Positions 29,396-38,153 of a DNA stretch of 64,000 bases are shown here, piece by piece. Positions within the stretch are counted from its first letter, which is position 1; every line of letters begins with the position of its first letter. The position numbers were made by a program, and so were the translations under genes. The notes beneath the pieces are model-generated. The model did no database searches and was not told where the DNA came from. It worked only from the letters and a program-made list of their open reading frames with translations. Source of the stretch: an uncultured Candidatus Saccharibacteria bacterium (lineage in GTDB: Bacteria; Patescibacteriota; CAZHWT01); assembly GCA_964554805.1 (NCBI GenBank), contig CAZKPX010000004.1:72439-136438 (forward strand). Direction: 5' to 3'.

Positions 29396-30073
29396 GACTG
29401 GCCTAGCTGAAGGGGTAGCTGATTGGGTTGACTGGGGGGTGGGGGTAGGTCGGATTTTGTGTTCGCCAAGAATAACTCTATCGGCTTGTTTCTGAAACGC
29501 TACAACTTGGGTTGGTTGAACTTGCAAGAGCGAGGTGACTCGACTGCGGATATCGGCATCTGTAACCTTTTGTTCAACAAAGTCTTCTAAGGCTTTTTGG
29601 ATGCCTATTTGCTGTTCAAGCTTATCCAGATAGGGCTGCATGTCAACATTATCAAGCTGAAGAGTGTTGAGATAATCAGACAACTCCTGCTGTTGTTGTT
29701 GATATTTAGTTAGGGCATCGACAGCCGCCTGAGGATTGTTGTCTTGAATAGCCTGATAGCCTTCGGCTAGTCGCTGCTGACTAAAATCAAGCAGCAGCTG
29801 AGTGCGACTCTCTGGAGTTGAGGCTAATATATATTGAATCTGCTCAATGATGCTTTTGAACCAGTAGGTAAAGCTGCCGGGGATAGCATAAACTGAAGGG
29901 AGTTGAATGAGAGCAGAAGCAGATGACTGAGAGGGGTCGACGGCCACTTCGATACCCAGCGACTGAAGAGTCTCCTCGGCAGTAACAGCAAGGATTGTTG
30001 CTGGCTTGAGCGCCAAGCAGGCAATAAGGCCAAAGACAATGAGACAGGATTTTACCATATGTCTAGGGTACAC
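29390..30073 (-). CDS. Secreted or lipoprotein-like hypothetical protein (signal peptide, Q-rich helical region).
   Basis: An N-terminal hydrophobic signal (SCLIVFGLIACLALKPATILA). No recognisable catalytic motif. Confidence 0.35.
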   Translation of the reverse strand: MYPRHMVKSCLIVFGLIACLALKPATILAVTAEETLQSLGIEVAVDPSQSSASALIQLPSVYAIPGSFTYWFKSIIEQIQYILASTPESRTQLLLDFSQQRLAEGYQAIQDNNPQAAVDALTKYQQQQQELSDYLNTLQLDNVDMQPYLDKLEQQIGIQKALEDFVEQKVTDADIRSRVTSLLQVQPTQVVAFQKQADRVILGEHKIRPTPTPQSTQSATPSARPVN

Positions 30074-30197
30074 CTGTTGCCTGCTTCTAGTCCAGCCTTG
30101 CTACCTGGACCATGTATGACGAACCTCGGAGGTTCTCTGGGATGAGAACCTCCGAGGTTGGAATAGGTCGATTGTTTTTTTGGGCTGGTTTTTTGGC

Positions 30198-31235
30198 TTA
30201 CTTGATTGACTCTGTCTTTAGAGAGTCAGTCATTGATTGGGCTGCTTTGGCCAGGTTGTCGCCTGCGCGAAGGCGGCCGAAGGACAATTTGAAATATGAA
30301 ATTGCACCAATAATAGTTACTGGCACAACCTGAGTGATGTGGAGTATGACGGCATAAGCGGCTGCTTGATTAGTGTCAACGCCAAGCAGGCCCAAACAGA
30401 TGACAACAATGCCATGGAACGTGCCAATACCAGCTGGGCCCGAGGGGATGCTGGTGCCTAGATTGGACAAAGAAACCAGGAATAACCATTCCATCGGTGA
30501 AAGTACCAAGCCAAAAGCTTGGCCAACTAGGAAATAGACTAGACTCTCGCATAGCCATATGAAGATACTATTAGTGATCGTAATGGCTAATAAGCGCTTT
30601 GAGCGCAGTGGCAACAACCCCTCACGAAACCGTTGCAATTGAGTTATGCCCCATGCAATAGCCTTATCGGCCCAAGCAGGTGCCAGATTTTCCAGAAATC
30701 GTCGGACCTGAGATAAATGCTCATCTTTGCCGATAACAAGCCAAATGAGCGCTGCCATAACCAGGCCGAAAACAACAAATCCGATGGTTAGAATTTGGAT
30801 TACCCAACTAGGAAAAGGCAGGAACGAGATTGTGAGCAGTAGTATGCTGAGCAGGACTAACCCATCTATAACTCTGCCCAAGAGAGTCACCGCTAGCGAC
30901 GAGCTAACTGGAATACCTTCGTTTTGTCGAACCACATATGATAACAAAACCTCACCTGCTCGGGCAGGCAAGACATTGTTGGCCATGTAGTTAATAGTAA
31001 TATATTGATAACTTCGGCCCAGTGAGAAGGCTTTTAATGAGGCTAAAATCTTCCGGAATCTTTGGGCCCTAAATACGAAACTGAACAGAGAAACGGCTAT
31101 GGCTGGAACAAGCCACCAATAGGCAGCCTCGGATAGTGCTTTGAGGACATTTTCCAGATGAAGCGAGCTGGCCAATAAAATTATAAAGGCTACGCTTAGC
31201 GCCATGCCGAGGATAGGAGTAATTTTCGATTTCAT
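30198..31235 (-). CDS. Lysylphosphatidylglycerol-synthase-TM-region family protein (flippase-like domain protein).
   Basis: 345 aa with about 8 TM helices. The basic motif FRAQRFRKIL after TM2 is typical of the LPG_synthase_TM / UPF0104 family. Confidence 0.5.
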   Translation of the reverse strand: MKSKITPILGMALSVAFIILLASSLHLENVLKALSEAAYWWLVPAIAVSLFSFVFRAQRFRKILASLKAFSLGRSYQYITINYMANNVLPARAGEVLLSYVVRQNEGIPVSSSLAVTLLGRVIDGLVLLSILLLTISFLPFPSWVIQILTIGFVVFGLVMAALIWLVIGKDEHLSQVRRFLENLAPAWADKAIAWGITQLQRFREGLLPLRSKRLLAITITNSIFIWLCESLVYFLVGQAFGLVLSPMEWLFLVSLSNLGTSIPSGPAGIGTFHGIVVICLGLLGVDTNQAAAYAVILHITQVVPVTIIGAISYFKLSFGRLRAGDNLAKAAQSMTDSLKTESIK

Positions 31236-31332
31236 ACTTGATAAGGATACAGGAAATTATTGAACGATTCTAGATTCCAGAATCCAGACTATAGCTAAGA
31301 CTCATATGTATATGCTATCAATCGTTATAGGC

Positions 31333-31635
31333 TTACAGAACCTTGCCTTGACTGTCTGCAGGGAGTTGCTGGCGCAGTATTTGAGCTGGCCCCGAAGCTT
31401 GGGGGTGAGTAATAAAATCTTCAACTGCTAATGGTGTAGTGGATGGAATAAGCGGGTTGAGTTGACGCTGTTGCTGTTCTTCTATCTGGCGCAAATCATT
31501 ATGACGAAAATCCCAAGTCTCTTGCAGGCTCAAGACTGTAGGCTGATTTATAAATAAATAAATTATGATGGCGTCAAAGACAAGCAGGCCGAAGGTAATG
31601 GCCCACATGCGCAGCGGCGTAAAGAAAGTACCCAT
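31333..31635 (-). CDS. Small membrane protein.
   Basis: 100 aa with an N-terminal TM helix. No homology recognised. Confidence 0.3.
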   Translation of the reverse strand: MGTFFTPLRMWAITFGLLVFDAIIIYLFINQPTVLSLQETWDFRHNDLRQIEEQQQRQLNPLIPSTTPLAVEDFITHPQASGPAQILRQQLPADSQGKVL

Positions 31636-31690
31636 ATAGTCTATTATATCATACTATGGGCTACTTGTCAAGATTGTGGGATGCGGATGG

Positions 31691-31938
31691 GAAGGCAAAG
31701 GGCAAAGGGCAAAAGGTAAAAATTAAAGTAGAAAATCAAAAATTACATATGCGCCACTGTGAGCCCTGATTGGATCGGGATAAACTCCGTGCGGCAATCG
31801 GGGAGATATCCTAGATTGCCACGTCATTTCATTCCTCGCAATGACGAATACTGGCTAACTTAGCACTACAGCACTACTTGTAACTTTGGGTTTTAACTTT
31901 TAACTGTAATTTTGCCTTTTGCCTTTTGATTTTTGCCT
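31691..31938 (+). repeat. MITE-like element, short symmetric copy d (TIR arms plus a central palindromic module, no hairpin core).
   Basis: ggcaaagggcaaagggcaaaaggtaaaaattaaagtagaaaatcaaa ... tcctcgcaatgacgaatactggctaacttagcactacagcactacttgtaactttggg (the reverse complement of the 383-433 module of copy a) ... ttttgccttttgccttttgatttttgcc. Confidence 0.6.
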
Positions 31939-31942
31939 TGGT

Positions 31943-32278
31943 CTACCCGATGTTGGGTGGGGAGCTGTAGATTGGTTCTACGGATTGACCGATGGGCAGA
32001 CTGTTGACTGGTAGTTGTAAAGCCAGGCCAAGTGCATTGGCTACGGCAACGCCAACTCTTGTGCCAGTGAATGAACCAGGGCCAGGATTGACTTCGATGG
32101 CTTGCAGATTATCCATTGATAAATCTTGGCTGCCTAGTAATTCTTCAATGGACGGCAAGAGGATTTGCGCATGATTGCGCGTTTCCATTTTTGTTAATTC
32201 GGCAACAAGTTGGCCATCGGGCTGCTGTAAGCGAAGAACGAGTTGTTGTCTATCAGTGGTGTTTATATAAAGTATCAT
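31943..32278 (-). CDS. tsaB: TsaB/YeaZ N-terminal domain only (truncated t6A protein).
   Basis: The conserved motif EVNPGPGSFTGTRVGVAVANALGLAL is present. Only about 112 aa run from the plausible Met to the stop, against about 230 aa for the canonical protein. The ORF is flanked on both sides by MITE-like copies. Confidence 0.5.
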   Translation of the reverse strand: MILYINTTDRQQLVLRLQQPDGQLVAELTKMETRNHAQILLPSIEELLGSQDLSMDNLQAIEVNPGPGSFTGTRVGVAVANALGLALQLPVNSLPIGQSVEPIYSSPPNIG

Positions 32279-32420
32279 ATGCAGATGGCTACCATTCAGC
32301 TGGCTATGACCTTTATTATACAACCAACACATGGGCAAAACTACAAGCAAGCATAGGGGAAGGGTGAGAGGCTGAAGGCAGGGGGATTGTGTATCTTTAT
32401 CTGGCATAGCTGTAAGTGTA

Positions 32421-32745
32421 GGGCGGCAATCTAGTATGGGTTTATTATTCACACACAAGAATGCAATCGACCAAAAGCCATTGTTTTTGTATGTCATTTT
32501 TTCTTGCCAAATAAACACGACTTACTAGCTAATGAATGCCGGGATGAGTTTTTACATGATCTACTAGATCTTCTTGCCTAGGCTAGGAGACCAGTATTTA
32601 GCAAGAAACAAATGAATACAGGGTTATATAAAATGCAGGAGACAAGAGACAGGAGGCAGGAGACGCGGGACGCGACGGCGGGGATTGTCAGTAATCTTTG
32701 ATTTTTGACTTTAATTTTTACCTTTTGCCTTTTGATTTTTGCCTT
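32421..32745 (+). repeat. MITE-like element copy e (hairpin core at about 32470-32640, GACAAGA/GGCAGGA heptamer tract, right TIR arm).
   Basis: ccaaaagccattgtttttgtatgtcattttttcttgccaaataaaca ... ctaggagaccagtatttagcaagaaacaaatgaataca ... gacaagagacaggaggcaggagacgcgggacgcg ... ttgtcagtaatctttgatttttgactttaatttttaccttttgccttttgatttttgcc. The right arm supplies the cmk C-terminal tail. Confidence 0.65.
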
Positions 32746-33460
32746 GTCTTTCCAAGTACTTATCAATATAGCGAGATATTTGCTCGACCGTCTGGTTGAT
32801 GGTGTTGTTTGTACTGTCGATAACAACTGCCCCTTCGGCCAGACGTAGGGCTGAATAAGCCCGTTCAGTATCGCGTCGATCTCGCTCAGCTATCTCTGAA
32901 TAGACTTGCTCAAACGAAATATCCTGACCCGCGTCGATATAATCAACATGGCGCCTCTGGGCTCTGACCTCTACTGATGAAGTCAGAAAAAACTTCATAT
33001 CAGCTTCGGGATACACCGTAGAACCAGTATCGCGCCCTTCCAAGACTGCTCCGTTTTTAGTCTGCTTTACCAATTGGCGCTGATAGTCTTTCATTAGCTG
33101 TCGGACTGGCAGCAATGTGCCGGCCAAGGAAGCTGCTTCTGCAACTTGAGAGTTGCGGATATGGTCGGTAACATCCTGATCCCCTACTTTAATATAACTT
33201 TTTGGGCCAGTGTCTTGAGGATTGGCAGTGAAGGTGATGGGGAACTTGTTTAACAGTTCAACAAGTTGGGCAACAGATTGTTCGTTTAAACGTATATTGT
33301 GCTGCAAGGCTAGCCAGGCTACAGCCCGGTAGCAGGCACCGCTGTCGATATTATCTAAACCATACCTTCGAGCTACCAGATATGAAATAGTTCCTTTGCC
33401 CGAGCCGGCTGGACCATCTATCGTAATGACTAAGCGTCGCTGAGTCATTGCGAGGGACAT
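32711..33460 (-). CDS. cmk: Cytidylate kinase.
   Basis: ITIDGPAGSGKGT P-loop and YLVARRYGLDNIDSGACYRAVAW. The start is set at M(TQRRLV). The last about 12 aa (GKNQKAKGKN) are encoded by the repeat arm. Confidence 0.8.
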   Translation of the reverse strand: MSLAMTQRRLVITIDGPAGSGKGTISYLVARRYGLDNIDSGACYRAVAWLALQHNIRLNEQSVAQLVELLNKFPITFTANPQDTGPKSYIKVGDQDVTDHIRNSQVAEAASLAGTLLPVRQLMKDYQRQLVKQTKNGAVLEGRDTGSTVYPEADMKFFLTSSVEVRAQRRHVDYIDAGQDISFEQVYSEIAERDRRDTERAYSALRLAEGAVVIDSTNNTINQTVEQISRYIDKYLERQGKNQKAKGKN

Positions 33461-33512
33461 AGGAGATGGGATATTGGATATAGTTTTGTTGTTGTTAGCC
33501 ATATTCAATATT

Positions 33513-35180
33513 CTATCTTTTATCCCCACCAGCTTGGCTGGCGGCGGCGATAAAGTCGCGGAATAGCGGATGGGCTTGGGTGGGCCGGGACAGAAACTCG
33601 GGATGGAATTGGACTCCGATAAAGAAGGGGTGATTGGGTATTTCGACCATTTCAACAAGCTGACCATCTGGCGAGGTGCCGCTAATTATCATGCCGGCTT
33701 CTTCTAATGGCTGTCTGTAGACATTATTAAACTCATAGCGATGGCGATGGCGCTCATGAATAGCACTTTGTTGGTACGCTTGATACGCCAACGTGCTGGG
33801 CTTAACTTTGCAGGCCCAATCTCCCAAACGCATACTACCACCGTACTCCTGCTTGAGCAGCTTCTTTTGTTGGTCGGGCATGATGTGAACAATGGGATGC
33901 TTGGTTTTTGGGTCTACCTCGGTTGAATTGGCATTTTTGAGACCTGCTACATTTCTGGCAAACTCGATGGTGGCCATCTGCATGCCGTAGCATAACCCAA
34001 GATATGGCTTATTGTGCTGACGAGCGAATTTGACTGCAGCTATCATGCCTTCAATGCCCCGAGAACCGAAGCCTCCCGGCACGCAAATACCATCCATTTC
34101 GGCCAGTTTGTCAGTCCCTTCTTGTTCAATCTTTTCGGCATCCACCCAAAATAACTGGGGATCTAGGCCATGATGCCAGGCAGCATGCTTCAGGGCTTCG
34201 ATAACCGATACATAAACATCTTCCAGAACGAAATCTCCGGTAGCAAAGTATTTGCCGATTAGCCCGATTTTGACTGGCTTTTTGGCTTTGGCGATCGTTT
34301 TGTTGAGGGCAACCCAATCATCTAAGTTCTTGTCTTTGACCGGTAAGCCCATCTTTTCCAGTAACCGCTCGGCGACGTGCTGTTTGTCTAGAATTAGCGG
34401 CACCTGATAAATGCTATCGACATCGGGATTAGAAATGACATCTTCTGCCTGAACATTGGTGAAAAGTGAAATCTTCTCACGGCGGGTTTTATCGATACTG
34501 GCCGTTGATCGACCAACGATCATATCTGGCTGAATACCCATTGAATTGAGGGCGCGAACCGACTGCTGAATTGGCTTGGATTTCATTTCTCCCAAGGTAC
34601 CAGGAATGGGCAAATAGCCAAGATGAAGCTGGAAGACATCATGCGGATTCTTGAGCTTCATAATGCGCGAAGCTTCTAAAAATAACACATTCTCATAATC
34701 CCCTACTGTGCCACCCAGCTCGATGATAACGACATCGGCTTTATGACGACGGCCGGCCGCTTTGACTCTGTCGATAATTTCATTAGTAATGTGAGGGATG
34801 GGCTGGACCGTTATGCCTTGATATTCAAAGGCTCGCTCTTTTTTGAGAACAGTGTCGTAGAGCATGCCATTGGTGAGATAGTTGGCTCTGTCGAGGTCCA
34901 TGCCAAGGAAACGTTCGTAATTACCAAGATCTTGATCTGTCTCTAAGCCGTCTTGGGTAACAAAGACTTCGCCGTGCTCTTGGGGTCGCAAGGTGCCAGC
35001 GTCCATGTTGAAGTACATATCTATCTTCATGGGCGAGACTGTATAGCCCGAGGCTTTTAGTAATAAGCCGATTGAAGCCGAGGTTATTCCTTTGCCAATT
35101 CCTGAGATAACACCACCGGTAACGAATAAATACTTTGTTGGCATAGTTCCCCCTTTATAGTGACGAGCGACAAGCGACAA
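33513..35180 (-). CDS. pyrG: CTP synthase.
   Basis: KYLFVTGGVISGIGKGI at the N-terminus and a glutamine amidotransferase domain (GLCYGMQ, HPEF). 555 aa. Confidence 0.95.
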   Translation of the reverse strand: MSLVARHYKGGTMPTKYLFVTGGVISGIGKGITSASIGLLLKASGYTVSPMKIDMYFNMDAGTLRPQEHGEVFVTQDGLETDQDLGNYERFLGMDLDRANYLTNGMLYDTVLKKERAFEYQGITVQPIPHITNEIIDRVKAAGRRHKADVVIIELGGTVGDYENVLFLEASRIMKLKNPHDVFQLHLGYLPIPGTLGEMKSKPIQQSVRALNSMGIQPDMIVGRSTASIDKTRREKISLFTNVQAEDVISNPDVDSIYQVPLILDKQHVAERLLEKMGLPVKDKNLDDWVALNKTIAKAKKPVKIGLIGKYFATGDFVLEDVYVSVIEALKHAAWHHGLDPQLFWVDAEKIEQEGTDKLAEMDGICVPGGFGSRGIEGMIAAVKFARQHNKPYLGLCYGMQMATIEFARNVAGLKNANSTEVDPKTKHPIVHIMPDQQKKLLKQEYGGSMRLGDWACKVKPSTLAYQAYQQSAIHERHRHRYEFNNVYRQPLEEAGMIISGTSPDGQLVEMVEIPNHPFFIGVQFHPEFLSRPTQAHPLFRDFIAAASQAGGDKR

Positions 35181-35187
35181 GAACGAG
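35161..35187 (+). repeat. GCGACAA-type heptamer repeat at the pyrG start.
   Basis: tgacgagcgacaagcgacaagaacgagc. Confidence 0.6.
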
Positions 35188-35332
35188 CATATGCAATGAT
35201 AAGCACGAAATGATAGAGGCCCGTTCAGGCCCGAAAGCTAGATTATGTTTTTTTGAGGGGATTAAAGAGAAGTTAATAGAGTGCCCTTCTAAGAATACTG
35301 GCTTAACGGCTGCGCCGTCAAGCGCGACGGGC

Positions 35333-35430
35333 GACAAGCGACAGGCGACCAGCATTTGTTCAGTATTCAATTTGAACTGAATTTCCTCGTCGCACGTCGC
35401 TTGTCGCTTGTCACTATCGCTAAGCGATAA
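35333..35430. repeat. Inverted arrays of GCGACRR heptamers in the tsaC-pyrG intergenic leader, a large palindrome.
   Basis: gcgcgacgggcgacaagcgacaggcgacc .. ttcagtattcaatttgaactgaa .. gtcgcacgtcgcttgtcgcttgtc, followed by the palindrome ctatcgctaagcgatag. Confidence 0.7.
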
Positions 35431-36052
35431 CGCGTTCAATATCAAACATGGGCACTGCGCCGGCCCGGAGGATGCGAGGGCGATCTCCTTGAGTAAGATC
35501 AATAACTGTTGAGCCGACTTCTCCACCAGCTTCACCTGCCACTACTCCACCAGTATGACTAATAAAGGCGCCATCGATAGCCTCAAACGTTGACGGGGCA
35601 AGTTCGCCACTAAAACAGGCCGACGACTGAATTAGCGGGCCGGTATGGCGAATCAGTTCCATGGCAATAGGATGATTGGGAATCCGGACACTAATAGTCG
35701 GCTCAGGCCATAAACAATGGAGTGGCTTGTTGGGCCAAGGCAGGACTAGGCTGACACTGCCGGGCCAGAAAGACTTTATTAGTTTGACCATGGCTCGGTG
35801 CTGTTGAGGATGAAGTGCATCAAAATCAATGCCTAGCTCTTCTAAATCGCTGAGCGTTGCAATAAGAATACCTAAGGGCTCTTCGACTGGGCGTTGTTTG
35901 GCTTGGTAGAGTGCGCCGACAGCTTTGGCATTTTTCCAACGAGCTCCGACTCCCCAGACCGTGTCTGTGGGGAAGATGACGGCTCCACCAGCTAGAAGGC
36001 GGGCCTTGCCTTCAACGATTGATAGTAATTTTTCGCGTTTGTTGATCAACAT
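35420..36052 (-). CDS. tsaC: L-threonylcarbamoyladenylate synthase (YrdC/Sua5 family).
   Basis: LLAGGAVIFPTDTVWGVGA is the classic YrdC motif. About 210 aa from M(LINKRE). Confidence 0.7.
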   Translation of the reverse strand: MLINKREKLLSIVEGKARLLAGGAVIFPTDTVWGVGARWKNAKAVGALYQAKQRPVEEPLGILIATLSDLEELGIDFDALHPQQHRAMVKLIKSFWPGSVSLVLPWPNKPLHCLWPEPTISVRIPNHPIAMELIRHTGPLIQSSACFSGELAPSTFEAIDGAFISHTGGVVAGEAGGEVGSTVIDLTQGDRPRILRAGAVPMFDIERVIA

Positions 36053-36845
36053 AGTCGAGATAAAGATGCATTGTTTGGTCTGGTAATAGTTCAGGGGCTC
36101 GGTCGGGCCATTCAATAATGATTATACCATCTGCGCGTTCAATTACCTCGGTTATGCCGAGTTGCTCTACTTCGCGACTGTCCGATAAACGATACCAATC
36201 GTAGTGATAGAGTGTCTGACCACTTGGTAGTGGATATTGCTTTGAAATGGTGTAGGTAGGGCTAGAAATCTTTTTAGGTATACCAAACGCCTTGGCCAGA
36301 TGAGAAACTAATGTGGTTTTGCCTGCCCCAAGATCGCCATGCAGAGCCAGCACTTGTCCAGGTTGTAGAGTTTGAGCAAGTCGGGTTGTGAAATACGGCA
36401 ATTGACTCAGTGTAACAAAAACCTCACCGCCCTGCCAGATTTGCTCGTATTGAGGAGGTTTGGTAACCTGGCGCCACCATTCCAACCATCCGACAACTGC
36501 CAGTCCTAGTCCTATGCCCAGGCTATTAATGGCAACGTCAGTAACTACTCCGTGCCGGGTGGGCACCATAGACTGGTGGACTTCATCGAAGATGGCGTAG
36601 AGCAGGCTTATTAGGAACGCCCTGATGGCTACGGGTCGACTCAAGGTTAAGCGGGTTGTTTGTTGAAGCCCCAAAAATACCGTTACACACAGGACCATAT
36701 AGACCAAAACATGAGAGATCTTACGTAGGAAAAAATCTGCTGACCCATAGGTAAAAGCCAGATTGGGGATGGATGACAGAAGAAAGATTACGGATGCCCA
36801 GACCAAGGCTGGCAGCCAATACAGGAGACGGATAACGACGGACAT
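36012..36845 (-). CDS. tsaE: Fusion protein: an N-terminal VanZ-like membrane domain and a C-terminal TsaE (YjeE) P-loop ATPase.
   Basis: The VanZ signature FDEVHQSMVPTRHGVVTDVAINSLGIGLG lies in a 4-TM region. The TsaE motifs LALHGDLGAGKTT...YHYDWYRL follow. Confidence 0.6.
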   Translation of the reverse strand: MSVVIRLLYWLPALVWASVIFLLSSIPNLAFTYGSADFFLRKISHVLVYMVLCVTVFLGLQQTTRLTLSRPVAIRAFLISLLYAIFDEVHQSMVPTRHGVVTDVAINSLGIGLGLAVVGWLEWWRQVTKPPQYEQIWQGGEVFVTLSQLPYFTTRLAQTLQPGQVLALHGDLGAGKTTLVSHLAKAFGIPKKISSPTYTISKQYPLPSGQTLYHYDWYRLSDSREVEQLGITEVIERADGIIIIEWPDRAPELLPDQTMHLYLDYVDQQTRKITINR

Positions 36846-36937
36846 AAAGATATTATAGCAGAGGATAGTATGACATATAGCCCACTTACTGCTGGGTTAT
36901 CTATATCTATACATCACACCGAGAAGAGTCGGATGTT

Positions 36938-38137
36938 TTATTTAGAAACTGCTCCATTTACATGAGCAAAGACTGTCATTGTGCCATCATTGTGGTAGAC
37001 CCAGACCTCTTTTTGATCAGTCTTTGCATAAACTTTAACCCATTGACCATTATCATTAGTGTAACCGCACCATCCTTGAGAATTTATCACTGATTTTGGT
37101 ATAACTTTCAATTTTGCATTGCCTGCCTTAGCATTGTACAAAGGCCTGTTTTCGGCCACTCCTATATCTAACCCGTTATGAGCACCACCATACCATTGGG
37201 TAACTATTCGAGACCCTGAATCACCAGGCCAGCCGATTGCACCGCTTTGTATGAGAGGCCAGGGATTAATATCTGATCGTGTATTGCTTGCTGATTGATA
37301 GTACCCAAAATGAACATGTGGGCCAGTTGAGCAGCCTGTGCCACCAGCATAAGCTATTAAATCTCCTCTGTTAAAATACCCTAGATTCTGTCCATTAACC
37401 CCAGATAAATAAAGCATTGCGGCGACACGAGCCTCATTGCCCGCTAAAAGTCGCCCATACCTTGATTCTTCATTCTTAGATTGACTTAATAAAGATGCTC
37501 GCTGTTCCATATTGCTGCTTAATTCATCTTGTTTGACCTGAATTGAATTATTTTTTTCAACTAATTGTTTCTGTAGCGACTCTTTTTCATTTTTTAGATT
37601 CTCTAGATTAGCTTTTTGTGATTCATAATTCTTTTTTGCTGTAACCATTTCTGCTAAAATTCGATCGTCTTCTTCTTTAGCTTTTTTTAGATATTCAAGG
37701 TTGCGCATCATAGCCTGGAAGTCTTCTGCAGTAAGCACGCTAACTATATTTGAGGTGCGACTATTTTTATACGACTGACGCAATCGAGCATTGGCAGAGG
37801 CCTGAGTTTGATCCATAACTTGAGCAAGATTTGAAAGCTTTTGGTTAACATCGCTAATCTGACCGTTAGTTTGAATAATATGAGCTTGAGTGCTTTGGAT
37901 TTGTCCTTGAATATCTTGAACTTCTAGCTCATTGAGCCGGACCTGATTATCAAGCCTAGCAACTTCTTCATTCAAGGTTCGAGTCTGATTTTTGGTTTCA
38001 TTTAACTTTTTTCTCAGTTCTTGCTGCTCATTTAATAATTCTTGAACAGACTGGGCCTTAGCTCCTGGCAAAGGGATAGCAAAGGCTAGCCCTAAAGAGA
38101 CGACCAATAATAAACAGATTATTATTCTAAATTTCAT
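36938..38137 (-). CDS. M23 (LytM-type) peptidoglycan metalloendopeptidase with an N-terminal coiled-coil, an EnvC-like FtsEX-associated activator.
   Basis: A signal peptide and about 230 aa of coiled-coil. The M23 domain has HxH (GCSTGPHVHFGYY) and HNGLDIG motifs. The gene is immediately downstream of ftsEX. Confidence 0.75.
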   Translation of the reverse strand: MKFRIIICLLLVVSLGLAFAIPLPGAKAQSVQELLNEQQELRKKLNETKNQTRTLNEEVARLDNQVRLNELEVQDIQGQIQSTQAHIIQTNGQISDVNQKLSNLAQVMDQTQASANARLRQSYKNSRTSNIVSVLTAEDFQAMMRNLEYLKKAKEEDDRILAEMVTAKKNYESQKANLENLKNEKESLQKQLVEKNNSIQVKQDELSSNMEQRASLLSQSKNEESRYGRLLAGNEARVAAMLYLSGVNGQNLGYFNRGDLIAYAGGTGCSTGPHVHFGYYQSASNTRSDINPWPLIQSGAIGWPGDSGSRIVTQWYGGAHNGLDIGVAENRPLYNAKAGNAKLKVIPKSVINSQGWCGYTNDNGQWVKVYAKTDQKEVWVYHNDGTMTVFAHVNGAVSK

Positions 38138-38153
38138 GACTACCTCCTGAACC

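Noticed and set aside
35155-35535. 126-aa minus-strand ORF spanning the GCGACRR palindrome.
   Set aside because: It overlaps the tsaC 3' end and the pyrG start and is composed largely of the heptamer repeat. It is better explained as a non-coding leader.
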